Source: Selaginella moellendorffii (lineage: Eukaryota; Plantae; Lycopodiophyta). From it: a stretch of 64,000 nt of DNA. The DNA lies in assembly GCF_000143415.4 (NCBI RefSeq), contig NW_003314282.1, positions 1,817,374 to 1,881,373 of the forward strand, given 5' to 3'. Positions 50,767 to 63,912 of the stretch are shown here, piece after piece. The position numbers and the translations under genes were made by a program. The notes below the pieces were generated by a model. It saw only the letters and a program-made list of their open reading frames with translations. It did not search any database and had not been told where the DNA came from. Positions within the stretch are counted from its first letter, which is position 1. Each line of letters begins with the position of its first letter.

Positions 50767-52248
50767 ATGAAGCGCTGCTTCGCGATTCTTCTTCGATCGC
50801 ATCTGTGAGTGGAAATTTCACGCATTTTTCTTGTGGTCGATCGATCGATTGGAATTTTTCGCAGATGGAGCAGAGCCGTGGCGAAGATCCAGAGTTGCAT
50901 CGATAAGTCCGTTCAAGCGGCAGGGCCGACCTACATTTTTCTTGCGTTCTTCCTTATGAGGTATGGCGATATTTCTTTGGTTTTCCTCTGCGCGATCCGT
51001 GATCCGAGCGTCCAGCTCCGTGATTTACTTGTTTTTTGCCACGATTCTTCCCACTCTACACAATATGTACTCGTTGAGAGGACTGCTACACGCCGCGATC
51101 GGCTGCTGGCTCATTCTAAACGTTTTCTTCAACTATTTCTACTGTATCTTCACTGATCCTGGCAGCCCTCCAGCAGATTTTCTTGTGAGTTTTTGTGTTT
51201 GGTTTTTCTATCTTGGTACTCACTATAGGCCCTCCTTTCTCGCAGGACAGTGGAACAAGATGGTGCAAGCATTGTCCGTTTGCTCCTTCCTTTCGTCCTT
51301 CTAAAGAAAAAATTTTCCTTGCTTTGCAGGCCACAAGAACAAACCTGCGTTTACTCACCACTGCCATATTTGCAAGAGGTAAGAAAGCGTCCTTCAACTT
51401 GATTTTCTTACTCGAAGTCTCAATTCTAGGTGCATTTTAAGAATGGATCATCACTGCCGTATCCCTTTTTCCTATTTTTCTGTGCTCAAGTATTCTGTTT
51501 TCGTTTCTTTGACATAGCTTGCAGCGTGGATGCACAACTGCGTTGGTTTTTACAACTACAGATTTTTCTTTGTATTTTGTAAGTATGATACTTGTTCTCG
51601 GAGCTGAGCCGATAAGAACTGGGTGGGATATTTTCGTGGCAGTGTTTTATCTCTGGATTGGGTGCGCCTATGCAGTATACATGTCTTCTCAGCTGCTATT
51701 CGCCGATGACTATGTACGTTTTCTCTCTCGTGATTGAGAAAAATGAGATCTTGCGCTCCTAATCACTTTTTAACGAAATGCTTGCCTCGTGGCCAGAACG
51801 AGCAGGAGTGGCAACTGCTATTTACTTTCGTTCTCTCTTTCGGCATCTTTGGAGCCTTGTCTTGTCTCTTTGGATGGCACATCTTCCTTGTGGTGACCGC
51901 ACAGGTATGTGTGCGTGTGGCGCATTTTCGTTTTAGCGAAACTGAACTGAAGTGGGGCGTGTCCATGACAGACTACCATTGACTTTTATGGGAATAGACA
52001 ACGGAAGCTAGAAGCTAAGAGCAGAGGCAAGGTAAAAGACTAAACAGCATTCATTTTTCCAAGCTCTGACCAAACTTCCTCCGCAGGCCTGGGTGAACGT
52101 GTTTGATCTTGGCGCGGCTCACAACTTCCGCAACGTGTTCTACTCTGGCGGACGCCACCTCTGGTGGACAGTCATGCTGCTGCCAAGCAGGGCCAGGCCA
52201 GTCGGGGATGGCATCTCCTTCCGTACACGCTATCAGCTAGATGTGTAA
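50767..52248 (+). CDS. DHHC palmitoyltransferase (protein S-acyltransferase), multi-exon
   Basis: TDPGSPP, HHCHICK, RCILRMDHHC/PWMHNCVGFYNYRFF, AQ/TTIDFY, NVFDLG..HNF. Confidence 0.93.
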
Positions 52249-53149
52249 GCGGCCGGGCATTTAAAGCTACTGACTTATTGAACTCAGACCAGAGCCAAGT
52301 GTGGGTTCTTCTCGGGAGGAGCCAGAAGATGAAGAACAAGCTCGTATTGACTTTGTGTCAGCAAATGGGCCATTTTTCTAACATGGTGCATGTGACGTGA
52401 AGAAAGGACTGAAGGAAACAATTGGCCGAGCAGTGGAAAAGCCGTAACATTCTGCGGAAGAGGAAAAAACTATTGACATATACTGCTGGATCAAGTCGAG
52501 GCAGCAAGCAGCAGTGTTGGTGATCTGGGAAAAGAGATGGTTTTGAGGGGAAGCAGCATTCATACCAAGCTGGATTTTTGGCATTTCCTAGATAGAGCAG
52601 CAGCTAGACGGGGGTACTGGATCCAACAGCTTGCAACTTGCTTCCGACGCTGCAACAGTGCTTGCCAGCCAGCCGGCGGAAAGATTTTTCTTTCCGTTTC
52701 CTATATTGCTCCGCTTGCTGCCAAGGTCAAGGCATCATCCATCCACTTGGTAAGTAACGTCCTTGTTTTCTTTCCCTTGTCTCACTAACGAGTCAAATGT
52801 TTTTTGTTGAGCAGGGATGATCAGACACAGATACTGTCAAGTATTATCTCCAGAATCAGCGACAGCGATTAGGTGCTTCGTTTTTCCAGGCTTTGCAAAC
52901 CACGCAGCATCGCGCCACGCTCTTGGTGTGGTTCTTGAAATTGGGAAAGTTCCGAAGCATTTAAGTGCTCGAGGGGTCCATCTCTCATCCGGCTATCAAC
53001 TGATGCAGCTGACTGCGACAGTAGAGGCGCTCGTTTGCACAACACGAAGCTGAGGGCCGGAATCGATGTTATCGTATCGGCTGCTATCATCTTTCCCGGA
53101 TCTGGACCAGCATTGGTCTTGAGGGGCTCATAGCTAGCTCAGGAACAGG

Positions 53150-54909
53150 ATGGGTGAAGATGGGGGAAAGTTCTCGAGTTTTGCAATGGAACGGGAACCC
53201 GAGGTCTCTTCGCTGCCTTCCACTCCTCAGAACAACCACAGCATTCCGCCATCTGTTGCCCGTTCTCCGAGGAGAATGATGCTGTCACCGATGGGAACTC
53301 CAATGCGCAAAGCTTTCGGCAACATGAAGTGCTACCTGGAAGAAATCGGGCATATTGCAAAACTTAATCCGCAAGACGCATGGCTGCCTATCACCGAGTC
53401 TCGAAATGGCAATGCCTACTACTCGGCCTTCCACAATCTCAACGCTGGGATTGGTTTTCAGTGCCTCCTCCTGCCTGTGGCTTTCAGTTTCCTCGGCTGG
53501 TAATGTTTTGTCTATCGTGGTGTAAATATCAACTTTGCTCATGTTTTCTTCTTCACAGGTTTTGGGGAGTTTTAGCGCTGGTGGTAGCGTTCTTGTGGCA
53601 GCTCTACACTCTCTGGATTCTCATCAAGCTGCACGAAGTCATACCTGGGAGACGATACAATCGCTACATCGAGCTGGCCCAAGCAGCTTTTGGTACGCTT
53701 CTTCTTTTTCTTTGATTCGTTTCATCGAAAGTCCGTGACTTTCACGTTCTCAGGGGAAAGATTGGGATCATGGCTTACTTCATTCCCGATTATAAGCTTA
53801 TCAGCTGGAACAGCCGGCGGTCTAATTGCCATCGGTGGCAGCACACTGCATCTCTTCTACAACTTGGTTTGCATCAAATGCCATGGACAAAGCTTGACAG
53901 CCATCGAGTGGTACCTGGTTTTTGCAGTCTTGTGCGCCATTATAGCACAGCTGCCCAACCTCAACTCGGTCGCAGGAGTTTCTCTCATTGGAGCAGTCAT
54001 GGCAGTAGCTTACTCGACGATGATATGGATCTTGTCAGTTACACGGGATAGACCACCCGGTGTTAGCTACGACGTTGCGAAGCCATACTCATCGGTTGGA
54101 GCAGCATTCTCCTTCTTGAATGCTCTAGGAGTGATTGCATTCGCCTTTCGGGGCCATAATCTGGCTCTCGAGATCCAGGTAGAGTTTTTTATTTGTATTC
54201 CTTTTGTCTAACAAGAGTTATTCTCTTCTCTTCCAGGCAACCATGCCTTCGACTCTCAAGCACCCGGCCTACGTTCCCATGTGGAGAGGTAGCAAGGCAG
54301 CGTATACTCTCGTGGCGATTTGCTACTTCCCTCTCGCGATAGGAGGCTACTGGGCTTACGGAAAACTGGTAGCTTTCACTATTTTCATTAACATCCCGAC
54401 TTACAAACTCGCCAAAACAGATGCTCCCGACTGGAATCCTCACCTCCATGTTTGTCTTCCATCGCTCGGACATATCTCCGGCGTGGCTCGCGACGTGTTT
54501 CCTCTTCGTCGTGGTGAGCTCTCTCAGCAACTTCCAGATTTACTCCATGCCAACGTTCGATCTCGTGGAGCAAACTTACACCGCGAACACCAACAAGCCG
54601 TGTCCCAAGCTTCATCGGTTTGTGTTTCGGCTGCTCTTTGTCTTCTTTGGCTTCTTCGTGGGGATTGCGTTCCCTTTTATGGCGAGCTTTGGAGGACTTT
54701 TGGGAGGAGTTTGCAGCGTTCCAGTCACATTTTGCTACCCGTGCTTCATGTGGCTCAAGATAAAAAAGCCACCGAAGTTGAGCTTCAGCTGGTACCTCAA
54801 CTGGACGCTTGGAATCTTGAGCGTTGTCTTTACTATTGTCGTCACGATTGGAGGAATCTGGAGCATCGTGGACACTGGATTGAAGTTCCAGTTTTTCAAA
54901 CCACAGTAG
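53150..54909 (+). CDS. LHT-like amino-acid permease, paralogue of 16232-18398
   Basis: DAWLPITESRNGNAYYSAFHNLNAGIG, QLPNLNS, FAFRGHNLALEIQ; same 5-exon structure. Confidence 0.93.
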
Positions 54910-55812
54910 CATTGGGAGGGTAAAGAAAATCCATTTGCATCCATTTCATTGTGGCCTAATGCCCAAAAAATATGTAATAATACTTAAATTTCTAAATGAT
55001 GGAAAACCTTTGGAGAGGAAGACAATCTATTCCAAAGCCTTCAGTTTTTTGAGGGCCTGTAGCAGCCAAAATCATGAACATCACTACTGCTGTATGATGA
55101 AGTTCGACGTATCTTTTAGTAGGTCGATCAGCACTACAGATGTGAGCTGAAGCTGTACATTTCCAATTAGATGGACAAGTTGCAAACCATTCACGACCCT
55201 AAAAGTTGTATAATGTATTGATATGCAGTAAAGTAATGCTTGATTTGCTTTGATCAATTAGAAGTTTATAATTTTAAATATGTTGAAAAGATTATTAAAA
55301 GTGAGTGTTAAAATGTGAAATGATTCATGCTATATTATCTTTTGAAAAATAATTATGCTTCAAAATCTTTATAGGAAACCTTTGTACTCAAATGTTCTTA
55401 CCACATATTATTCCAGCAAGCATTTGCTAAACAAAGGTTCAAAAGACTAAAATGAGCGTTTCCACTTTTGCACAATTAATTTAGATTTACTGCTTGCTTG
55501 GTGGAAATGAACCTAAAACATTGTCATTCCTGCACTAAATAATCAATATCAGCTGAGTACAATAAGTACTTTAGGGCAGATTAGCCTTTACTACTACTGC
55601 TACCCCATTTAAAGCTTCTGAAGTTAAAATATCAAATGCTACACTTGCATATTGAAAAGTTCATGGCAAGATTTATGTAATTGTAAAATACCTTTGTGTC
55701 TCTCTAATTTCCTGATAGATCTCTTAAAATTTTAATCATTGTGCCATGAGATATTTTCCATTGATGAGTAGAAAGCAGTAGAAGTAAAGTAAACCAAAAA
55801 CATCTTAGGAGA

Positions 55813-55980
55813 AGGTAAAAAGAAATTCAAATTTCAACAAAAAATCCTCGGAAGAGATTTGTCCTTAATGATGCTGAAGAGGTCTTTCAGTGAAAACTAC
55901 ATTGAGATAGAATTGCAAATTGATTACAAAATAAGGGTCAATTTAGTTACCTGAGGAAGATGATTTTCATTCACCTCCTC
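55813..55980 (+). repeat. Left arm of a degenerate inverted repeat flanking the PP6 gene
   Basis: aaggtaaaaagaaattcaa, atcctcggaagagattt, gaagaggtcttt, tcaatttagttacctgaggaagatgattttcatt all recur inverted at 58047-58230. Confidence 0.75.
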
Positions 55981-56233
55981 TTTTGCAATAAAAACAAAAA
56001 GGTTTGCATTTTAGTATAAGAAACAAAGTGGAAGGTCTCCATCTTTGTTGCTGGAGTTAGCCCTTGAATCTATACTCAAAGAAAACCCTGGGGATTGTAG
56101 CAAAAGGAATTTGACACAAACAACAATGCAACGCCACACTTAATATCTTATTAGTATTTTGTTTTGATGAACATAAGTTTTTAATCCAGGGATCCCCACA
56201 TTTTAGGGCGGCTCGTTCGTGGCGGGGGCGGGC

Positions 56234-57726
56234 ATGGACTTGGATCAGTGGATCGAGAAAGTGAAATCCGGGCAGCATCTACTCGAGGACGAGCTCAAGC
56301 AGCTGTGTGAATATGTGAGTGCCGCAATTCCTTGCTCTTGTTTCGCCTCTCGCCATGGATCCTTAGGGCCGGTTCCAGGTGAAGGAGATTTTGGTAGAGG
56401 AGTCCAATGTGCAGCCAGTAGACAGTCCAGTGACAGTGTGCGGCGATATTCACGGCCAGTTCCACGATTTGATGAAGCTCTTCCATACCGGTGGGCACGT
56501 CCCTCACACAAATTACATCTTTATGGTAAAATCGAGCTCTTTGAATCTAGTTGTTTCTTACATTGCTTCCATTGCTCTTCCTTTCCAGGGTGATTTCGTG
56601 GATCGTGGATATAACAGCCTCGAGGTTTTCACAATTCTTCTTCTTCTCAAAGCGAGGTTTGCAAATTCTTTTCTTTCCAAATCGGAAGACACAATGGGTG
56701 TGGTTTCTCAATAAGGTATCCTGCGCATATGACTCTCTTGAGAGGAAATCACGAGAGCAGACAAATTACGCAGGTGATTCTCGAATTTTTTTTTAAGAAA
56801 CTTTTGTTCTCCCCAACGAAAAGAATTTTTTTTTTAACGCGTTGTTTGAGCTTCCAGGTGTATGGTTTCTATGATGAATGCGAGCGGAAGTATGGAAATC
56901 CAAACGCTTGGCGTTACTGTACTGACGTTTTCGATTATCTAACTATCTCTGCGATCATTGACGGCAGAGTAAGTCTTATCAAATTTTCTTTTTTCCTTTT
57001 TCGTGCATGACGTTCCACTCTCAGGTGCTCTGCGTTCACGGTGGTCTATCACCTGACGTGAGATCCATTGACCAGGTATCAAAGCTATTGACCTTTGAAC
57101 TCCAGCTCTCATTCTTTTGGTTTTTTCTCTTTCAATCTTTGCAGATCAGAGTGATAGAGAGGCAATGCGAGATACCTCATGAAGGTCCATTTTGTGATCT
57201 CATGTGGAGCGATCCGGAGGACATTGAAGCGTGGGGAGTTAGCCCCCGTGGTGCCGGATGGCTATTTGGTGCACGGGTTACTTCCGAGGCAAGTGATAAA
57301 CGAGCTGAGAATTCCTTATATGCTTCTGTCCGTCTCCTTTCTCCACAGTTTAATCACATCAATGGTCTGGAGCTGGTGTGCCGAGCACATCAACTAGTAC
57401 AGGAGGGATTGAAGTACATGTTTCCAGATAAAAGCCTTGTCACGGTAACAAAGTTCTCTTCTAGACGAGACTAGCTTTCTTAACTTGCGGGTGTCGAAAC
57501 CTTCAGGTTTGGTCAGCACCAAACTACTGCTACCGCTGTGGAAACGTGGCATCCATTCTAAGCTTTAACGACGTGATGGTGAGCGCTGCTCTTGTTTTGT
57601 CGATTTGAGCGAGCTGAGGTTTCTTTCTTTTTCTTTTCGAAGGAACGGGATGTGAAGTTCTTCACAGAGACCGAAGAGAACAGCGCGATGTTGGCACCCA
57701 GGGCCAGTGTTCCCTATTTTCTTTAG
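56234..57726 (+). CDS. FYPP: Protein phosphatase 6 catalytic subunit (FyPP-type)
   Basis: [51 protein letters not shown]-terminal VPYFL; one GC-AG intron 57289-57348. Confidence 0.96.
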
Positions 57727-58046
57727 AACTGGCGCGTGTATTTTTTACACTACACAGGTGGGCTGTAAATTATTGGAATGGTCTATCTCTTTTGAGAGGG
57801 CGTTTTGTTTTCTCTTCTCCTTGTTGAAAACCTTTGTGCCATAACATAAGAGCCATTTAAATCATATATTTGATGAGGTTGTCCTAAACTTCTTAAGTAA
57901 CCAATAGGAAAGATATTAGATGGTTGCGAAGCTGTTTGTGCCATCCTCTTGCCACCCCAGGGCTTTCGTTAAGCATCCATTTCTGTGGCTAGCTCAAGCA
58001 ATCCAAGGAGTGGAGTGGGATTACTTGACATTTCTATATTGCTAAG

Positions 58047-58230
58047 GGGGAAGTAAATGAAAATCATCTTCCAAGGTATCTAAATTGATCTCCATTTTCT
58101 ACTGAAAAATTCTATCCCACAATAGATTGCGGTCAAAGACCTCTTCGAGAAAATCCCTTCTGAGGATCTTTCTATGCTGCTGAGACTGCATTACAGTTTC
58201 TAGGTTCAGTTGAATTTCATTTTTACCTTT
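58047..58230 (-). repeat. Right arm of the inverted repeat flanking the PP6 gene
   Basis: Reverse complement reads aaggtaaaaatgaaattcaa..atcctcagaagggattt..gaagaggtcttt..tcaatttagataccttggaagatgattttcatt. Confidence 0.75.
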
Positions 58231-59274
58231 TACTGTTCTGAGAGACGCAGTTTTTCCCAAGGTAGTATTCTTAGTTTCCTGAATTTTCTAAGAATTTTTC
58301 AAAGTGCAGGCCTAACATTTGATATCTCAGCTCCCATAAAATTCTTCACGAAGTTTGAGAGTTACATTTGCTGGTTTCATATCACAAGTCCAGAAGTAAA
58401 GTCTTACAAAAAAAAAAAAAACAACTTCCAAAATAACATCTGGCATTAACTTTTTGCCAGTTTTTCTACGCGCATAATCTACACGTCGCGGCAGGCAGAA
58501 GGGGATGCCACCAACACCACGGAGCCAGCGGCGCGTGCCCAATCTGTATGCTAGAAGTGGAGCCTACCTCCATTTTCCCATGCCGGACTTCTAACTCTCA
58601 TCCTTTCTGGAAGATCCAGGAACTCCGCCAGGTTCTTAAGAAACGCACGGCCATCCTGATCGCAACCAGTCCAGCGTAATCTACATGACAACCTTGATTG
58701 GTTTACGCCTGCCTAACCCCCCCTTGCTTGGAAGACTAGTCCGCCACCTTAGCGCTGCAGCGAACACAAAGCATGGGACCTACATGCCGGTGACAGTTAC
58801 AATTAAACACTTCTCCCGATGACACTGGAAGAACAAAAGCGCAAAGAAAAATGAGAGAAAATGCTCTGCTTTGCACAAAGATCAAGCGAGGCAACAAATT
58901 GCCAAAAATGAAAAGAATTTTCGATCAAAACACCAGCACAAATCGTCGTTGCCACTGCTGCCGAATGCACATATTTTACACCACCAAGGCTCCCTCGAAG
59001 ATCTCCAGAAACCAACAAAACTAGAAGAGTAAAACACGACACCTGCAAAGAACACGGAGTGAGTACACAATAATACGAAAACGATCCATCGCATCGAAGC
59101 TTACCAGTGCCTCAGAAGCTGCAACAGCTGGTGCCAGTTCCTAGACTCTCTGTCAAGCGTGTTTCTCTTGCTGCTCTTGTTAAGTTGTCAGCTTCGTCGT
59201 CTCCAAAAACTAAATCGTAGTTTGCGTTGCGCGCGAGCGTCATCGCATTCTTTTGCCAACGATCGATCCCTGCT

Positions 59275-60791
59275 CTACCATGGTTTCAAGTCTCCAGGAG
59301 GGCCGGAGCTCCAATTCAGAGCCTTCTCCCCTGGGTTGAGATATATCCTCCGGTCGTGCGGAAGCTTGCGAGCGAGCCCGTTGAGGATCTGATGGAACGC
59401 GTCCCCCGGTTGAGCCGGTTGAGGGAAGAGCATTGCCTGTTTCATGGCGGGTGTCGCTAGCAGCCGTTGCTTCTTGAGGATCACCTCTGGTGGAATGGAC
59501 GTGAGGATGGTGTCCAGCTTCGGCACGTCCTTCTCTGCGACGAACACTCCAATCTCCTCCCACGGAATCGCGTCGGCAAACGGCAAGACTATGTCGTCCG
59601 CGATGATCACTGGAATGCAGCCGAAGATCACTCCCTCCACGAGTCGGGGGCTCCAGGGAGCCCAGCCCAGTGGACACAGGCAGAAGATAGCTCGCTGCAT
59701 GTCCTCGTAGTACGTAATCGGGTGCTCGGTAGAGATGTCAAAGAGAGGATTATCCTTGAAATTCTCCCAAACAGCAGCACGAGCACCCCTGCATGAGCAG
59801 CAAATGTCAGAACCGAATAAGATCTTTTCAAACAAAGCTTTTCTATGTATTGAGAGAACTTTACCTTGCGTAGTAGCCTCCTTCCGGATCGTTGCCGTAG
59901 TCATAGAAAAGACCCCGAAAGTAGACGAAGATAGAGCGCGGTATGCTCGGTGGGATGAGATGGGCCTGCATCTTTTGTGGAGGGCAGTAAGGAGGTACCA
60001 CAATGGAGCCCTCCTTCAAGCAGACATGATACCTCTGCCCGAAAGTTTGGACTAAAGTAGCGCGCTGCAACAAGTGAAGAATCCCGCGCTCGATCGCTTT
60101 TTCCTCCTAAAATTTCAAAGAAAAAGGAAAAAGCCAACGAGGAAAAAGAAGAGTGAGGCGAGTTAGTAGACTTAAAGCAAAAGAAAGATGGAAAGAAAAT
60201 TCAAACCAACCTGGTAGTGAAAGCAAGCTCCAAAGTCGTGAGGAACAACGAAAAAATGATCAGCACCCTCCGTCCGGTTCCAGTACGGCCACTGATTCGA
60301 AATGTATTGGATCACACTCCGCATCATCCTGGGAGACTTGAAAGGCAGCGGCAATCCATTCCGTGTCAAATCGCAGGTAGTGTAGACTGGAGTATAGAAC
60401 CAGTCTGCTTCCTCAGGATTGAGAGTGCGCACAGCACTGCCTAGAAGAAATTCGTGAACGAAAATCTCGGTCGCGAACATGTGAGTGAGGCAGCGAGGAT
60501 CCTTTTCCAAAACTTTTCTATTGTACTTGACTGGGAGCTCGTAGACGAAGACCTTGAGCCTGCCGACGGGATCGTCCTCTAAAACATCGCCAGCGCTGCC
60601 TGTAGAGGGGAAATCCGAGAAGCGTCGATCAGCGCCAGAGCAAGAAGCCAAGAAATGGGAATAATATTGCCCGACAAACCCTACATTCTTGCCAGATCCA
60701 ACCCACCTGAAATTCTCTCGTGCTGCTGCTGCTGCTCCGCGGATGCGCACAGCGCCAGCCCCAGCGCCAGAGCGATCCAGGCAGCTCCCAT
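59275..60791 (-). CDS. IRX10: IRX10/GUT1-like GT47 (exostosin) xylan xylosyltransferase
   Basis: Signal anchor MGAAWIALALGLALCA, ERISGSAGDVLEDDPVGRLKVFVYELP, EEADWFYTP, FCLCPLGWAPWSPRLVE, GDLKPW*. Confidence 0.95.
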
Positions 60792-61199
60792 CCCGAAATC
60801 GCCAAGAACAGAGACAACGCGGAGAGGGAGAGGGAGAGAGAGAGATCAGCCCCGCATTGCGCTGCGCCGTAGCGCCCGCGTCTAGCTCGCCGGCGGCCTT
60901 GACCGCGCTGCTCGCTCCATCCCGCCCTAGGATCCCTCTCCTCGCTCAATCGCGCGTTGTTTCTTGGTCGCCATTGCCAGTGGTAGCTAATTCATTCTTT
61001 TCTTTACCTAAAGCCAAACAAAAAAGATGGTGAGTGTGAATGCGACCGGGCGTTTGTTAGCTTGTTGGGTGCTAGCGTGGACATGCCACCACCCTCCACG
61101 TCGGATACCGTGATGCTGACTCAGCACCAGCTCACTACAACCACCACTAAATCTCGAGGGGTCCACTCTAGAGAACGCTTCTCTTGAAGCTACCTCTTT

Positions 61200-61360
61200 T
61201 TGACACCGCAACCACTGCCAGATGTTAGATGGCACCAACGCCATTTTAAAGCTCATTCAATAACTTCTATGCTCCAAAGAATCTCGCCATGGATTTTTAT
61301 GACCAAATTCTTGTCGTGGATGTTGTCATGGCATTAGATCGATCAAAGGTGCCAAATAGA
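61200..61360 (+). mobile_element. Possible Ty3/gypsy integrase relic
   Basis: Broken frames MDF(M)TKF and DVVMALDRSK loosely recall MDFITxLP..VVVDRFSK; weak. Confidence 0.3.
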
Positions 61361-62421
61361 TTGATCCACCCAAGTGACAAAAAGAAAAAAAAAGCCAAAA
61401 ATGATCTCTGGATCATTTTCATAACTTGCCCATAAGGATAACTGGCTCTCGTTGAAGAACTTCACAGCTTGTTCCTTGGAAAAGAAGAAAAGCAAACGAA
61501 AGAAGGCTCGGCTCGCTTGAATTGGCAAAATTAAGCAACCGGGAGCTAAACTTTGAAGCTCCACAAGGACCAAAACTTGACATTGTTATGCATTCAAGAT
61601 AGTAGATCCAGAAACGCGCGAGGTTATTGCAGTTCTTGGCAGAGTAATCCACGTCCACCGTGACTACATTCCAATGCTGGCCCGTGCTGCCTTTGATCAC
61701 CATGTCCGTTGGTGAATTACCAGCCCTTGTCCGAGAGCAGCACATTGTAAGAACCAAGAAGACGAACTCGTTGGGCAAAACCCCCTCGAGATGAATCTAT
61801 GTGGGATGTCTTTCATCGACATGATCCATTCCATGAAAGATTTAGAGAGCCTCCAAGGGATGCCCATTCTGGGCATATGCTAAGATCATCATCATCCAAT
61901 ATGGTGATCCAGAATTCGCTAGTGACAATATATATCAGTTCTAGCAGCATTTGCCAAGAAAGGCTCATACCCACAATCTTGATTATTCTGGGATTGTACT
62001 GTCCTGCATAAGACCAAGTACATTAATTTCCAGTAGCTCAATTAATCCAAAAGGCACAGCTAAACATAAATGCAAAACGAGGCAGAATTTCACAAGCTAG
62101 AGATGTATTTAACAGGATGCGTTGCAGAGATAATATCAGTTGGATCACTTTTAGCTTTAAGCTTATGAGAAGCCCAGTTCTGGCACACCAGGAAGCTCTC
62201 CAACCCTCAACTTTATAAAGATGACTAGCCAGATAGCTTTGTTAAGTGGGAGTAAAGCCCAACAAACATAACACATTTAAACAAAAAATGTTGACTTTTG
62301 AACCATCACATCCCAATGGGAAGTAAAACATCTAGTGAGTGATGCTAAGAGTTTGAAAGCTAAAAGTGAATATAGATGAATATATGATGTAAAAACTTCT
62401 TATAGAAATACAATTTATACA

Positions 62422-62978
62422 GCAATGCAATTCCTTAACTTGTCTCTTTCTCTTTATTTTTTCTTTGCAGAAGTCTGGCTTTCTCTAATTCTAACATATC
62501 ATTCTTCTTGAGAGTTACAGACGTAAAACAAGTTGGAAATCAAAGAATTTTGATGAGATCTTCAACTTGATCAAGGTTGCCAATTCTTCCTAGCAAATTC
62601 AACATGCAAAAAAACTACTCCATGCAAGGGTGGGGACTTTAAGGGATTAGTATGATAAAGGAATGTTATACTATCAGTGCTCTGACAATAACGACGACTC
62701 TGGCGAGCCCCCAGATCCATGCCTTAAAGTTTACTTGGCCAGTGTGATACCCTACAATAACAAGTAATGCAATTCTTCAACTGTCACCTTTTTTTTAGAA
62801 TATCTTTGCAGAAGTCTAGCCTTCTACAATTCCAGCATGTCATTCGTCTCAAAAGCTACAGACATAAACCAAGTTGGACATCAAAGAAGATCCATTCTTT
62901 TGCCATGGATAAGATCTCTTGATCGAGGTGGCCAATTCTTCTGATCCAGTATGTTAAAAAACTACTCCTCGCAAGGGC
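62422..62978. repeat. Two diverged direct copies of a ~210-bp unit (62422-62630 and 62764-62978)
   Basis: Shared aatgcaattc, tctttgcagaagtct, acaga..aagttgga.atcaaagaa, cttgatc..ggt.gccaattcttc, aaaaactactcc..gcaaggg. Confidence 0.8.
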
Positions 62979-63248
62979 AGAGCCCAAAATAGGACAAAAA
63001 GTAGCTTCAACCAAGATTAATGTGATTACACTCAATCAGTGTCTACTAAGAGACAGGAGTCCATATTTACTTTTGGAAAGAACTCTCCTTCTATGTTGTA
63101 TATGCTTTTTTATTGTTTTGTAGAAATATCTAGGTTGTGTTGTGCATGCTACGGTAATATAAGGGACATGTGGAGGGCTAGGGAGCAAGTTTGAATACCT
63201 AGCTTCATATCTAAGAAATCATAAATATAAATAACTTGAAAAAATATA

Positions 63249-63912
63249 CTATAGTTTTACACATAAAATATGATTATTTGTTTTTGTATCCCACCAAATA
63301 ATAGATTTTTCAAGATATGGTACATAAGATACTAAGTTACAATCATCTTGTAATTGAAGGTTGGTAAATAAAAAGCAATTAGGCGTTTCAAAGCAGTATT
63401 TATTAATAGACCAAATTACTTTTTTTTTTTTGAGTATATAATACAATATTACCATCTTTTTGAACTATTAAATAACATAGACCATAATAAGCTATAGTAT
63501 GTGATGAATTCCATAATAAATTTCTCTCAGAATACAAAGAAATCTGGCAATTTGATTCTAATAATAATACATTTTTTCCATTTGGAGATACTAAAAATTG
63601 ACCTGTATAGATTATGTTATTTTGAAATGCAGAATTTAAAGATGTTAAGATTTTATCACAATTATTACTTGAAGATAAAAATGAATTTGAATACATATCA
63701 TAAAATCTCCTAGCAATGAAAATAGAATATTGAATTTGATACTTACGAGCATTAATTATACACTTTGTAGAGCGTGCAATAATTATATCTTCTACATATA
63801 CTCTAAATAGATCCTTGAAATTTGTTCTTAAAATATTTCCATTTACTTCATTTGGAGATTCCATAATACAATTTGGGGGAGAATTATTTCTTCTTTTTAG
63901 TTCTATAATCAT
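63249..63912 (-). pseudogene. Bulb-type (GNA/B-) mannose-binding lectin domain gene with a frameshift in a homopolymer
   Basis: TGQFLVSPNG, QKDGNIVLY and QDDCNLVSY (QxDxNxVxY motifs) split between two ORFs at the T-run ~63420-63431. Confidence 0.75.
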
